A DNA stretch of 64,000 nucleotides from Candidatus Culexmicrobium cathedralense (GTDB taxonomy: Archaea > Thermoproteota > Methanomethylicia > Culexarchaeales > Culexmicrobiaceae). The stretch is from NCBI GenBank assembly GCA_025061115.1, contig JANZKC010000001.1, forward strand, positions 512,001-576,000, in the 5' to 3' direction. Shown here in pieces: positions 1 to 9,598 of this stretch. The notes beneath the pieces are model-generated. The model did not search any database and had not been told where the DNA came from. It was given only the letters and a program-made list of their open reading frames with translations. The position numbers and the translations under genes are program-made. Positions within the stretch are counted from its first letter, which is position 1; each line of letters opens with the position of its first letter.

Positions 1-315
1 GTCAGTATAGGCTGGATCCCATTTCACTGTCATATTATACTTTGTACTAGTAGTATCTAGAAGTCCAGGAAGAGTTACATTCAGCCAACCTTTCTCGTTA
101 GTCCTACCCGTGAATAGTATATAATGCTCATCCGCTTCGCCCGTTATATTCCAAACTTCCACGTATGCATTTTCAAGGGGTTTACCTGCTTGGTCAACGA
201 AACACAATGCTAATAGCACTTCTTCGTCTTGTGCCTTCACAGTTGCAGCTGGTAATACGATTAGTATGCATGCTATTATGAGGAGGGCGGCGGTGTATTT
301 TATGGCTTTATTCAA
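1..315 (-). CDS. Secreted/cell-surface protein, N-terminal part (runs off the window start)
   Basis: Not in the ORF track. Open frame from TTG at 315, after a GGAGG SD, to position 1: MNKAIKYTAALLIIACILIVLPAATVKA|QDEEVLLALCFVDQAGKPLENAYVEVWN...GRTNEKGWLNVTL. It has a Sec signal peptide, a D-x-x-G-x-P-L-x-x-A-x-V / T-N-x-x-G beta-sandwich pattern (carboxypeptidase-regulatory-like) and three N-x-T sequons. Confidence 0.8.
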   Translation of the reverse strand, partial: MNKAIKYTAALLIIACILIVLPAATVKAQDEEVLLALCFVDQAGKPLENAYVEVWNITGEADEHYILFTGRTNEKGWLNVTLPGLLDTTSTKYNMTVKWDPAYTD

Positions 316-397
316 TCCTCTTCTTCCTCCCGAATGGCATTTCATCTCATGCTGTTGTTTTACCTTTATACAGTAGGGAACTTTTAAGATTTATGAG

Positions 398-415
398 GTT
401 CTAGATTTCTAGAAC
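398..415. promoter_or_regulatory. Perfect 8-2-8 inverted repeat, candidate transcription-factor operator
   Basis: GTTCTAGA-TT-TCTAGAAC in the AT-rich divergent promoter region between the surface-protein gene and cofE. Confidence 0.4.
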
Positions 416-533
416 TTTTGTTAAGGATGTTCAAATAAATTAGAATTTAGTTAATTGCGGTTAATTTCCATTGCTTTAATGCTTTTCTTTGCCAAGTGAT
501 TGCGGCACGAAATATTAATTTAATAATTCTGCG

Positions 534-1376
534 TTGCCATCTAACTTGGTGACGGTGTTGGCTAGGGTTGTTGAAGTTATTGGGCTTCAGACCATTCCCG
601 ACGTGAAGGCTGGTGATGACGTTGCTAAGTTCATTGTTGAGGCTGCCGAGCGTGAGGGCGTTGGCATTAAGGATGGCGATATAATTGTGGTTACTCATAA
701 GATTATTAGTAAGGCTAATGGGCTTATAGTTGATCTCAGCACCGTTGAGCCTTCCCCGAGGGCTGTGGAGATTGCTGAGAGGACTGGTAAGGATCCGCGA
801 TTTGTTGAGTTGATTTTGAGGGAGGCCAAGCGCATACTCGCAGTTAAGCCGCCGTATATCATTACTGAAACGCGGTTTGGTCATATTTGTCTCAACGCAG
901 GCATTGACAGGTCGAATGTTTGTGGTAGGGAGGACATCTGCGCTTTGCTACCTAGGGACCCTGATGCTGAGGCGGCTAAGATTAGGGAGAAGATCATGAA
1001 GTTAACTGGAAAGAAGGTTGCTGTGATAATTAGTGACACCTATAGCAGGCCTCATCGATATGCTCAAATTGACATGGCCATCGGCGTGGCTGGGATGAAG
1101 CCAGTTAGGGATTATAAGCGTAAAGTAGATGCTTACGGCTACACGCTTAGGTTTAAGATGCAGGCTGTGGCGGATGAGCTTGCAGCTGCCGCAGAGCTTG
1201 TAATTGGGCAGACTACTGAGAAAATTCCAGTTGCAATCATTAGAGGCTACGAGTATGAGATGGATGAGGAGGGCTGCGCTAAGAGGATGAGCTTAATTAA
1301 GCTTGGATTTAGAGACATCTTTGAGGGAGTAAAGTTAATACCTGAAACGCCGGGTTTAGCGAGGAGAGCGCAGTAG
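534..1376 (+). CDS. cofE: Coenzyme F420-0:L-glutamate ligase
   Basis: Motifs GDD..., DGDIIVVTHKIISKANG, NAGIDRSN, LLPRDPD, IISDT, DAYG..L and AVADELAAAA. Confidence 0.9.
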   Translation: MPSNLVTVLARVVEVIGLQTIPDVKAGDDVAKFIVEAAEREGVGIKDGDIIVVTHKIISKANGLIVDLSTVEPSPRAVEIAERTGKDPRFVELILREAKRILAVKPPYIITETRFGHICLNAGIDRSNVCGREDICALLPRDPDAEAAKIREKIMKLTGKKVAVIISDTYSRPHRYAQIDMAIGVAGMKPVRDYKRKVDAYGYTLRFKMQAVADELAAAAELVIGQTTEKIPVAIIRGYEYEMDEEGCAKRMSLIKLGFRDIFEGVKLIPETPGLARRAQ

Positions 1377-1395
1377 TTTAATTTGAGGTGCAACC

Positions 1396-3294
1396 TTGTA
1401 CAGCATGGATCCAGTGGACGTTCTCATAGTTGCCGAGAAGCCTTCGGTTGCAGAGGCATTTGCAAAAGCGCTTGCTGGCAGAAATTACGTTGAAAGCCGC
1501 ATTAAGGGCATAAAGGTATTTAGATTTAAGCTTAATGGCAAGCGGTGGGCTTCCATAGGACTTAAGGGGCACCTATTCAACTTCGATTTTGAAAAGCAGT
1601 TTAATTCTTGGAGGCGCGTGGACCCAAAAGTGCTTTTCTTCACCAATCCAATTAGGGTGGTGGAGCCCACATCGAGAAGATATCTTGAAGCTTTGAAGGA
1701 AATTGCTAGGCATGCTGAGCTAATTTACCTAGCGCTCGACGCAGACACTGAGGGAGAGAGCATAGCATTTGAAGTTATGGATGTTGTGAGGTCGGTAAAT
1801 CCATATGCTGAATTCAAGCGGCTATGGTTTAACTCGACAGTTCCCGAGGAACTTAGGAGAGCCATTAGCAACCCTCAATCGCCGAACAGGCTTTTAGCTG
1901 AAAAGTGCTTTGCCAGAATGATCGTTGATCTGACGATTGGAGCAGCATTCACTAGATTCATAACAAGAGCAGTTGAAAAGAAAAGTCCAAGAGCACTTCC
2001 ATTCGGGCACTTCCTAAGCTACGGGCCATGCCAAAGCCCCACGCTATTCCTCGTAGTTCAGAGAGCGTGGGAAAGGGAGAAGTTTAAGCCGGAAAAGTTC
2101 TACGTGATCAAAGCTAAAGTCGAAATTTACGGAGCAATCTTCGAAGCAGAGCACGCTAAAGGTCAAATTAAGAGTAAAAGCGAAGCTGACGCAATATACT
2201 CTAAAATTAAAGGTGCGAAATACGCGACAGTAGAGAAGTTCAGGGCTACTAGGAGGGAGAAGAAGCCTCCAATACCACTAACAACCCTGGAACTTGAAAG
2301 CAGAGCAAGCAAATATCTAAACATTAGAGCGAAGCAAGCTCTAGATGTAGCTGAAGAGCTTTACAGGCATGGATACATAAGCTACCCGAGAACTGAAACC
2401 GAAATCTACAGCCCAAAGCTAAACTTGAAGGGCAAGGTTGAAATGCTCGCCAAGCACCCAATCTACGGAGATTACGCTCAAAAAATACTCAATGAAGGAA
2501 AAATTCGGCCAACGCGTGGAACTAGAGATGATAAGGCACATCCTCCAATCCACCCAACAAGAGCGGCTGGGAAGGACGAGATCGTCAGGAGATTTGGAAG
2601 CCGAGGCTGGAGAATTTACGACTTAATTGTAAGGCACTTTCTAGCCACGCTAAGCAGCCCTGCAACCATAGAGAGCAGAAGGGCGGACCTAAACATTAAT
2701 GGAGAGAAGTTCATCATCAGAGGATTAACAGTAGCTGATGAAGGCTACCTCAAAATATATCCGTTCGAAAAGCCCAAGGAAGACTACCTACCAGAGCTTG
2801 AAAAAGGAAATGAGCTGAAGGTAATTAGCATTGAAGTTAAAGAGGGAGAAACAAGTCCACCGCCATTCCTGTCAGAGGCGGAGCTTCTAAAGCTCATGGA
2901 TAAGTACGGAATAGGCACAGATGCAACCAAGCAAGACCACATACACACGAACATAAAGCGAGGATACTTCTACATTGAAAAAAAGAGATGCATACCCACA
3001 CCACTCGGAAAAACGCTGATCGAAGCACTATACAAAACGGTTCCTGAAGTCGTTAAACCCGAAGTCAGAGGATTCATGGAGAAAATGTTCAGTGAAATAG
3101 CATTAGGTAAGAGAAGCATGAACGAAGTCGTTGAAAGTGCAAGAAAATACTTTCTAGAAAAATATGAAATATTGAGGGAGCACGAAGGCGAATTAGCACT
3201 TAAAGTCACTCCATCAATAAGCGAAAGCATAGCAATAGCTCGCAAAAGCATAAGACGCGGAAGAAGGAGATGGAGAAGGCGTAGGAGAAAGTAA
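1396..3294 (+). CDS. topA: Type IA DNA topoisomerase (TopA / archaeal Topo III)
   Basis: Toprim AEKPSVA and DADTEGE, SYGPCQSPTL, active-site GYISYPRTE, AHPPIHPT, GIGTDAT; basic C-terminal tail. Confidence 0.95.
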   Translation: MYSMDPVDVLIVAEKPSVAEAFAKALAGRNYVESRIKGIKVFRFKLNGKRWASIGLKGHLFNFDFEKQFNSWRRVDPKVLFFTNPIRVVEPTSRRYLEALKEIARHAELIYLALDADTEGESIAFEVMDVVRSVNPYAEFKRLWFNSTVPEELRRAISNPQSPNRLLAEKCFARMIVDLTIGAAFTRFITRAVEKKSPRALPFGHFLSYGPCQSPTLFLVVQRAWEREKFKPEKFYVIKAKVEIYGAIFEAEHAKGQIKSKSEADAIYSKIKGAKYATVEKFRATRREKKPPIPLTTLELESRASKYLNIRAKQALDVAEELYRHGYISYPRTETEIYSPKLNLKGKVEMLAKHPIYGDYAQKILNEGKIRPTRGTRDDKAHPPIHPTRAAGKDEIVRRFGSRGWRIYDLIVRHFLATLSSPATIESRRADLNINGEKFIIRGLTVADEGYLKIYPFEKPKEDYLPELEKGNELKVISIEVKEGETSPPPFLSEAELLKLMDKYGIGTDATKQDHIHTNIKRGYFYIEKKRCIPTPLGKTLIEALYKTVPEVVKPEVRGFMEKMFSEIALGKRSMNEVVESARKYFLEKYEILREHEGELALKVTPSISESIAIARKSIRRGRRRWRRRRRK

Positions 3295-3358
3295 CTCGCT
3301 TATTAAGTTGATAGCACTTTCCAAAATAACAATACGTTAGAGTTAAATAATTCTCAAA

Positions 3359-4687
3359 TTGAAATTTTCAAGGCAAGTCCAAGCGCATTGGAGGTGGTTC
3401 AACTCGCCAGAATATGATGCTGTGATAGTCGGCGCAGGCATCTTAGGATTATCAACCGCATATCACATTAAGAGAAGGCTTCCCGAAGGAAAAATCCTTG
3501 TTATAGACAAGCTAAGCGGCCCAGGCCGTGGAAATACTGCTAAAAGTGCCGGAATGTTTAGGTGCTTCTTCTACTCTCGAACCAACTTCTACCTAGCCGA
3601 CTCATCAATAGAATTTTATAGGCACGTCCAGGAAAGCGGGTTCAACCTAGGATTAAAATGGATAGGGTACCTCTGGCTTTTCAGCGAAGATCAGTTCAAA
3701 AAGCTAAAGCCAATTTTAAGTGAAATGGAAAAGCGAGGAGCAGAATATAGAATTTACAGCAGAGAAGAGCTGGAAAACAAGCTTGAATTAAACGTCAAAG
3801 CAGCTGAAACTGAAGAAGGAAAGTTCATGAACCTAGAGAACGTAGAGTTAGGGCTGTTCGTACCTAAAGCTGGAAAAATCGACGTTGACAGGCTGGTGGA
3901 ATATTATGAAACCGAATTTAAGCGAATGGGCGGAGAAGTGCGCTATGGAGTAACCGCTGAAGAGATAGTTGTAGAGCCGAAAGTTAAGCTAGAAATTCCA
4001 GGTGAACCGCACTTCTGGCAGGAATGCAGGGTTGTGGGAGTTAAAGCGAATGGAAAGCTAATTAGAGCTAAGAAAACCATAGTTGCAGCAGGGGTGTGGG
4101 CAAGCAAGCTCCTCAACCCAATAGGAGTAGATTCATACTCAAAGCCCAAGAAAAGGCAAATTTTCGTGATAAAAGCCGATCGAGAAGAACTTAAAAAGCT
4201 AATTCGCAGCAAGGGATTCAACAAGTACAACTCAATGCCATTCACAATACTACCCAACCCAAGGGTCTTCATTAAGCCCGACCTTGACGAAGAAACCTTC
4301 TGGCTAGGCTATGCCGACGACTTCAACAGGCCATTCAAATTAGAGGAGGACCCGCAGCCAGAGGATAACTACTACAGATACGGCATTTACCCAGTTCTAA
4401 CAGCCTACTTCCCCCAATTCACTGGAACCCAGCTAATCAACGCTTGGGCCGGCCAATACGCAATAAACACCCTAGACCACCAGCCAGTAGTATTCGAGGA
4501 AAACAGCTTAATCGTCGTCGGAGCAGCTAGTGGAAGCGGAATAATGAAGGCAGACGCCATAGGAAGAATAGCAGCGGCAGTTTACTTCGAAGAAGAGGAA
4601 GCCGAGCTGTATGGAGAGAGGTGGTTCAAGGTAAGCGACCTAGGAATAAAGGAGAGGCAAATCGAAGTAGAGAAATTCGTGATTTAA
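3359..4687 (+). CDS. FAD-dependent oxidoreductase, DAO family (sarcosine oxidase beta / proline dehydrogenase small subunit-like); start uncertain
   Basis: Dinucleotide-binding YDAVIVGAGILGLSTAY, GNTAKSAG, VAAGVWA, WAGQY and SGSGIMKA. Confidence 0.85.
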   Translation: MKFSRQVQAHWRWFNSPEYDAVIVGAGILGLSTAYHIKRRLPEGKILVIDKLSGPGRGNTAKSAGMFRCFFYSRTNFYLADSSIEFYRHVQESGFNLGLKWIGYLWLFSEDQFKKLKPILSEMEKRGAEYRIYSREELENKLELNVKAAETEEGKFMNLENVELGLFVPKAGKIDVDRLVEYYETEFKRMGGEVRYGVTAEEIVVEPKVKLEIPGEPHFWQECRVVGVKANGKLIRAKKTIVAAGVWASKLLNPIGVDSYSKPKKRQIFVIKADREELKKLIRSKGFNKYNSMPFTILPNPRVFIKPDLDEETFWLGYADDFNRPFKLEEDPQPEDNYYRYGIYPVLTAYFPQFTGTQLINAWAGQYAINTLDHQPVVFEENSLIVVGAASGSGIMKADAIGRIAAAVYFEEEEAELYGERWFKVSDLGIKERQIEVEKFVI

Positions 4688-4692
4688 ATTCA

Positions 4693-4749
4693 GCCTCAGG
4701 AGACCGTCGTGTCTTCACAGCTCAAGTAGTCTCTTCCATCATCATCGGC
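4693..4749 (-). ncRNA. Box C/D guide sRNA
   Basis: Minus strand reads GCCG-ATGATGA(C)-TGGAAGAGACTAC-TTGA(D')-GCT-GTGAAGA(C')-CACGACGGTCTC-CTGA(D)-GGC. It has a terminal GCC/GGC stem and a TATA-like element about 25 nt upstream. The D guide is complementary to the conserved 23S sequence AGACCGUCGUG. Confidence 0.9.
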
Positions 4750-4804
4750 AACATAAATATTGCAAAGCACGGTAATAACTTTAGCTGAGAAAGAGGGTTA
4801 GACG

Positions 4805-5254
4805 TTGTCTAATAATAGTGTCAACATTATTATTAGGTTAATTAAGGAGGCCTACGAGGCCCTCTTCGAAGCCTGGGAGGCCCTAAGAAGAGGCGAAAAT
4901 CAAAAAGCAGTTAGAATGTCCATAAAGACAATTGAAAAATCAGTTAACGCCGTCAAAATAACGCTAAGAGGGGTCCTCGGGGCAAGCGGAAACCTGATGG
5001 AAAGCGCGGACACCATAATAAAAGCTATGGAAGGAATTAAGAGCTTGGAAAAAAGGAGGTTAGCGAGAGTACACCTGATAGAGGCTTTATGGTTAAACCC
5101 CAAGGTAATTCAAATTTGTGAACAAGGCATGTATGACCTCAAGCCTAAAAACATCTTGAAGGAATTGGAAGCTAGAGCTGCTGTTGAACATGCATCAGAA
5201 GTATATTACTGGGCCGACTCAGTAACTTTCAAGCTGGTTAGGAAGAAAACTTGA
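4805..5254 (+). CDS. HEPN-like alpha-helical protein (stand-alone)
   Basis: N-terminal pattern A...L..A...L..G....AV..S...IEK.V.A and C-terminal EA..AV..A..V resemble the HEPN fold. No clear RxxxxH/Y motif. Confidence 0.5.
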   Translation: MSNNSVNIIIRLIKEAYEALFEAWEALRRGENQKAVRMSIKTIEKSVNAVKITLRGVLGASGNLMESADTIIKAMEGIKSLEKRRLARVHLIEALWLNPKVIQICEQGMYDLKPKNILKELEARAAVEHASEVYYWADSVTFKLVRKKT

Positions 5255-5259
5255 AAGTG

Positions 5260-8013
5260 TCATCGACGCTGTTTCCTTGTGAAGGGAAGCGGCCTCATGA
5301 AAATCTCTGGCAGCACAAACCACGCTCCACTGGCGAGCAGTATGCATAGCGCCCAATCGTAGAGGGTTAATGGAACGGTGTCAAAGATCAGCTGCATGGG
5401 TGGGGCGTAAACTAGCATTATGGTTAACAGTATACCTACAACGTCCGCAATAACCAGTGCCTTATTTGTCAGGAAGCCTATACGGTACACCGAGTGCTTT
5501 TCAGACCTACAGTTGAAAACAACGAAAAGCTCAAAGAGCACTGCCTGGACAAAGGCAAGAGTCCTAGCCTCAACTACGCTATCCTTAAGCAAGTACATTC
5601 CAAGAAGGTAAGCTGCCATGGTGCCAACGAATTGAAGCAAAGCTGAAACCAATATGAACAGCTCCATTCCGCTCAAGATTCCCTCTCTAGGGCTTCTCGG
5701 AGGGCGCTCCATTATGTCCTCGTCAGGCGGATCTACGCCCAATGCTACGGCTGGACCCCCATCAGTAACAAGGTTTAGCCATAAAATCTGGAGAGGAAGC
5801 AAGGCAGGCGGCAAACCAGCAAGTATGCATGTGGTTATTACAGCTATCTCATCGAAGTTGCATGCCAATAGGAATCTTACGAACTTCCTAATATTATCGT
5901 AAATTGCCCTCCCATCCCTCACAGCCCTCACTATCGTTGCAAAATTGTCGTCAGCCAAAATCATGTCAGAGGCTTCCTTGGCTACATCCGTACCCTTAAT
6001 GCCCATAGCAACTCCAATGTCAGCCAGCTTGAGGGCTGGAGCATCATTAACTCCATCGCCGGTCATCGCAACTACGTGGCCTCTCCTCTTAAGAGCTCTA
6101 ACAATTCTAACTTTATGCTCCGGCGAAACCCTCGCGAAAATCGGCACCTTCTCAACATTTTCAGTCAATTCCTCATCCGACATTTTATCGAGGTCAGCTC
6201 CAGTTAAGACCTTGAAGTTATCGCCCTCAACCAAGCCGATCTCCTTAGCAACTGCAATTGCAGTAAGCTTATGATCTCCAGTTATCATCACAACTCTTAT
6301 TCCGGCTTTCCTGCACTGCTTAATAGCATCCTTAACCTCATCCCTTGGAGGGTCGATCATTCCAGCTAAGCCCACGAAAACAAGCTCGGTTTCAACCTGA
6401 TCCGACTCAATAAACTCGAATTGAGCTGGAAGCTCCCTATAAGCCATCGCTAAAACTCTCAATGCGCCCTCAGCCATCTCCCTAAAGATTCTCAGAATCC
6501 TCTCCTTATCAGCGTCGGTTATAGGCCTAACGGAGCCATTTTCAAAAATGAATTTCGACCTTTCAAGTATAACTTCAGGCGCTCCCTTAACGTAAGCTAT
6601 GAGCTTGCCATCCCTACTTTCATGGATAGTAGTCATCCTCTTCCTGCTCGACTCGAAGGGAATTTCATGTCTTTTAGGGTATTCTTTCAATAGCCTGTGC
6701 TTCCAAAGCCCAGCCTTGGCTGCAGCAACCACAAGCGCGCCCTCAGTTGGATCTCCGAGAACCTTCCACTCCCCATTCTCCTTAACCAGATCAGCGTGAC
6801 TGCAAAGAAGCCCAATTCTAAGCAGAAGCTCCAAATGCGGATCTTCAAGCGGATTCACATTTACTCCATCAACGAGAAATTCGCCCTCAACTTGATATCC
6901 AGCCCCAGTAACCTCAACGAGCTTACCATTAACGTAAATTTTCCTTACAGTCATTTCATTCTTAGTCATCGTTCCAGTCTTATCAGCGCAAATAACGGTT
7001 GTGCAGCCTAGAGTTTCAACTGAGGCCAGCCTCCTAACAATGGCATTCCTCTTAGCCATGTCCTTAACTCCAAGAGCAAGCGTGATTGTAACTACTGCAG
7101 GCAAGCCCTCTGGAACAGCCGAAACAGCCAATCCAACGGAGGTCATAAACATTAGAATGGGGTCGACCCGCCTGAATAAGCCTAAAGCGAAAGTGACGAT
7201 GCACAAAATGATGATTAAAGCTCCAATGCGCTTTCCAAATTGATTCAACTTGCGCATTAAGGGAGTTTCTTCCTTCTCAACCTCCTGAACCATAGCTGCA
7301 ATCTTACCCATCTCAGTGTTCATTCCAGTTGAAACCACAACGGCCTCGCCATAGCCGGTTGACACCAAGGTGCCCATAAACACCATGTTCTTCCTATCAG
7401 CCACCGGAGTGTCGTCAGGAAGTATGATTGCAGCGTTCTTCCTAACTGGCACGGACTCGCCGGTCAGCATTGCTTCATCAACCTTCAAGTCAGTGCAAGT
7501 AATCAGCCTTGCATCGGCAGGCACTCTATCTCCAGGCTCAAGCACAATTACATCTCCAGGAACAAGCTCCCTTGCAAGCACAGTGAACTCACGTCCACCC
7601 CTTCGAACTCTAGCCCTTGGAGCAGCCAACTTCTTAAGCGCCTCAAGCGCTCGCTCAGCCCTATACTCCTGAATAAACCCCAAAACGGCATTCAAGATCA
7701 CAATGGCCATTATCGCCATGGAGTCAACGTGCTCTCCAATTGCAGCCGAAATAATTGAAGCAACGATCAGTAGTGCAACCAGGAAGTTCTTAAACTGATC
7801 AATGAAAAGTCTAATAGGAGATACCCTGGCCCTTTCGACGAGCTCATTGAAGCCGTATTTCTCAAGCCTAGATTTAGCTTCAACGTCACTTAACCCTTCA
7901 GCAGTTGTACTAAGTGCCCTAAACACTTCATCAATGCTCATTGAATGCCAAGGCTTACCTTTAGCCACAATATTTCCCCGCCGCAACTCGCCTACAACAG
8001 GCTCAAACTTCAT
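5260..8013 (-). CDS. Cation-transporting P-type ATPase, type IIA (Ca2+/SERCA-like)
   Basis: TGES, PEGLP, phosphorylation site DKTGT, KGAPE, MIDPPR, TGDGVND, QILWLNLVTDG; multiple transmembrane segments. Confidence 0.95.
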   Translation of the reverse strand: MKFEPVVGELRRGNIVAKGKPWHSMSIDEVFRALSTTAEGLSDVEAKSRLEKYGFNELVERARVSPIRLFIDQFKNFLVALLIVASIISAAIGEHVDSMAIMAIVILNAVLGFIQEYRAERALEALKKLAAPRARVRRGGREFTVLARELVPGDVIVLEPGDRVPADARLITCTDLKVDEAMLTGESVPVRKNAAIILPDDTPVADRKNMVFMGTLVSTGYGEAVVVSTGMNTEMGKIAAMVQEVEKEETPLMRKLNQFGKRIGALIIILCIVTFALGLFRRVDPILMFMTSVGLAVSAVPEGLPAVVTITLALGVKDMAKRNAIVRRLASVETLGCTTVICADKTGTMTKNEMTVRKIYVNGKLVEVTGAGYQVEGEFLVDGVNVNPLEDPHLELLLRIGLLCSHADLVKENGEWKVLGDPTEGALVVAAAKAGLWKHRLLKEYPKRHEIPFESSRKRMTTIHESRDGKLIAYVKGAPEVILERSKFIFENGSVRPITDADKERILRIFREMAEGALRVLAMAYRELPAQFEFIESDQVETELVFVGLAGMIDPPRDEVKDAIKQCRKAGIRVVMITGDHKLTAIAVAKEIGLVEGDNFKVLTGADLDKMSDEELTENVEKVPIFARVSPEHKVRIVRALKRRGHVVAMTGDGVNDAPALKLADIGVAMGIKGTDVAKEASDMILADDNFATIVRAVRDGRAIYDNIRKFVRFLLACNFDEIAVITTCILAGLPPALLPLQILWLNLVTDGGPAVALGVDPPDEDIMERPPRSPREGILSGMELFILVSALLQFVGTMAAYLLGMYLLKDSVVEARTLAFVQAVLFELFVVFNCRSEKHSVYRIGFLTNKALVIADVVGILLTIMLVYAPPMQLIFDTVPLTLYDWALCILLASGAWFVLPEIFMRPLPFTRKQRR

Positions 8014-8130
8014 TATTAAAGTAATCTATTTAATGTTTCACTCACTCTTAAAAGCTGAAGCACCTAAAACCTTTTCGAATTGATTTAATAGCCTGAAAAA
8101 CGAAAGTAAATTGAAGCGGGGAGAGCCACA

Positions 8131-8982
8131 ATGCCAATAGAGCTTAAGGAGGGTGAACAACTAGTAGAGGAAATAAAGCCCCATCCGCTGGCATTCATCG
8201 ACCTGTACTTGATATTCATATATCTCCTCGCAATAAGCGTAGCATTCCACATCTATGGAGATGAGATTGCGAGGGCAGCTGCCAGCATGCCAATAATAGG
8301 TTTGCTTGTGCAAGTAGAAGAGTATTTAACCCTAACTTCATGGGCGCTATGCATAGTAATTCCGTTCCTAGCAGTATCAATATTAAAGGTTAGGTGGAGA
8401 TGGCTGTTTTTCAGCTTAATTATCGTAGCTCTAGGTGTAGCCATGAAGTTTAAGCTAAACCTGCCAGAGTACACCTCAACCGCACTCTTCGGAATAGCCG
8501 GACTATCACTAATTAACGCGTACAGAAAGGGGCACACCTACTACATTACAAATCAGAGAATAGTGACAGAGCTCAAATTCATAAAGCACAAGCAGAGAGA
8601 AATAAGCTACAGCAGGCTGACGGACATAATAGTGGCAAAAGGAGTTATAGGCAGAATATTCAACGTTGGAACCATAATACCCATAACTCCATCTGGAATG
8701 GGGCTTGGAGAAGACTTCGCTTTAGCCGGCGTAGGAATGCCAGGAAAAGCGGCCGCAGGAGTGACGATTGGAGTTGCTGGAGGAAAGGCCGTGAAAGTAC
8801 CCAGAGGCAGAAGTCCATACGTGCTATTTGGAGTGAAGAACCCCCTTAGAATCAAAGAATTAATTTCAAAATATGCTTGGGAGCGCGAAGAATCAACCAT
8901 CCTGAGGAAAATATCTGAAGACATAGAAAAGCTGGTGGAGAAAGTCGATAAGGAAAGTGGAAGCGTAGATGAAAACGCTTAA
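8131..8982 (+). CDS. Membrane protein with bacterial PH (bPH_2-like) domain
   Basis: Several hydrophobic helices followed by YYITNQRIV...I.Y..L.DI...G..GRIFNVGTI. Confidence 0.7.
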   Translation: MPIELKEGEQLVEEIKPHPLAFIDLYLIFIYLLAISVAFHIYGDEIARAAASMPIIGLLVQVEEYLTLTSWALCIVIPFLAVSILKVRWRWLFFSLIIVALGVAMKFKLNLPEYTSTALFGIAGLSLINAYRKGHTYYITNQRIVTELKFIKHKQREISYSRLTDIIVAKGVIGRIFNVGTIIPITPSGMGLGEDFALAGVGMPGKAAAGVTIGVAGGKAVKVPRGRSPYVLFGVKNPLRIKELISKYAWEREESTILRKISEDIEKLVEKVDKESGSVDENA

Positions 8983-9163
8983 AAACCAACCATAACCGAA
9001 TGCCGCCAAAGCTCTTCCAGTTACCATTTTACCCACTGATCGCCATAAAGGAATGGGTGTTAAGCATCCAAGTCATTTCGAAATCACCCTCTCAAGACTA
9101 ATTAAATGAGGGGGAAGCGCAGCTTGATAGTACCCCTTAAAAGGTCATTCAACCATAGCTGAC

Positions 9164-9598
9164 ATGGGTGAAAGCATGGTTGCAATATCCCAAACTGGTA
9201 GGTTTATCGTTGCTAGATTGCCGAAAGATGGAGACCTAATGGAGGAAATATTGAAAGTAGCAAAAGAACTCGACATTTCAGGAGGATGCCTAATGATAAT
9301 AGGAGCCCTCTCAAAAGCAGTGTTCGGCATATACACCGGGAAGGAGTACAAGAAGATCGAGCTTCAAGGCCCGCTCGAAATACTATCATGCATAGGAAAC
9401 ATCGCAGAGGCCGATGGAGAGAAGGTGGTGCACGCCCACATAACAGTGTCAGACTCCCAAGGCAGGGCATTTGGAGGACACCTACTAAAGGGATGCATAA
9501 TCCACCCAACCGCAGAGCTAGTGATCATTGAAGGAGAAAACTTGAAGCTCAAAAGAAAACTGGATCCAGAAACTGGATTAAAGCTCCTATCAACTTAA
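9164..9598 (+). CDS. PPC (DUF296) domain putative DNA-binding protein
   Basis: RL..DGDL..I, IGAL, EILSCIGNI, HAHITVSD and GGHL. Alternative start at ATG 9176. Confidence 0.9.
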   Translation: MGESMVAISQTGRFIVARLPKDGDLMEEILKVAKELDISGGCLMIIGALSKAVFGIYTGKEYKKIELQGPLEILSCIGNIAEADGEKVVHAHITVSDSQGRAFGGHLLKGCIIHPTAELVIIEGENLKLKRKLDPETGLKLLST

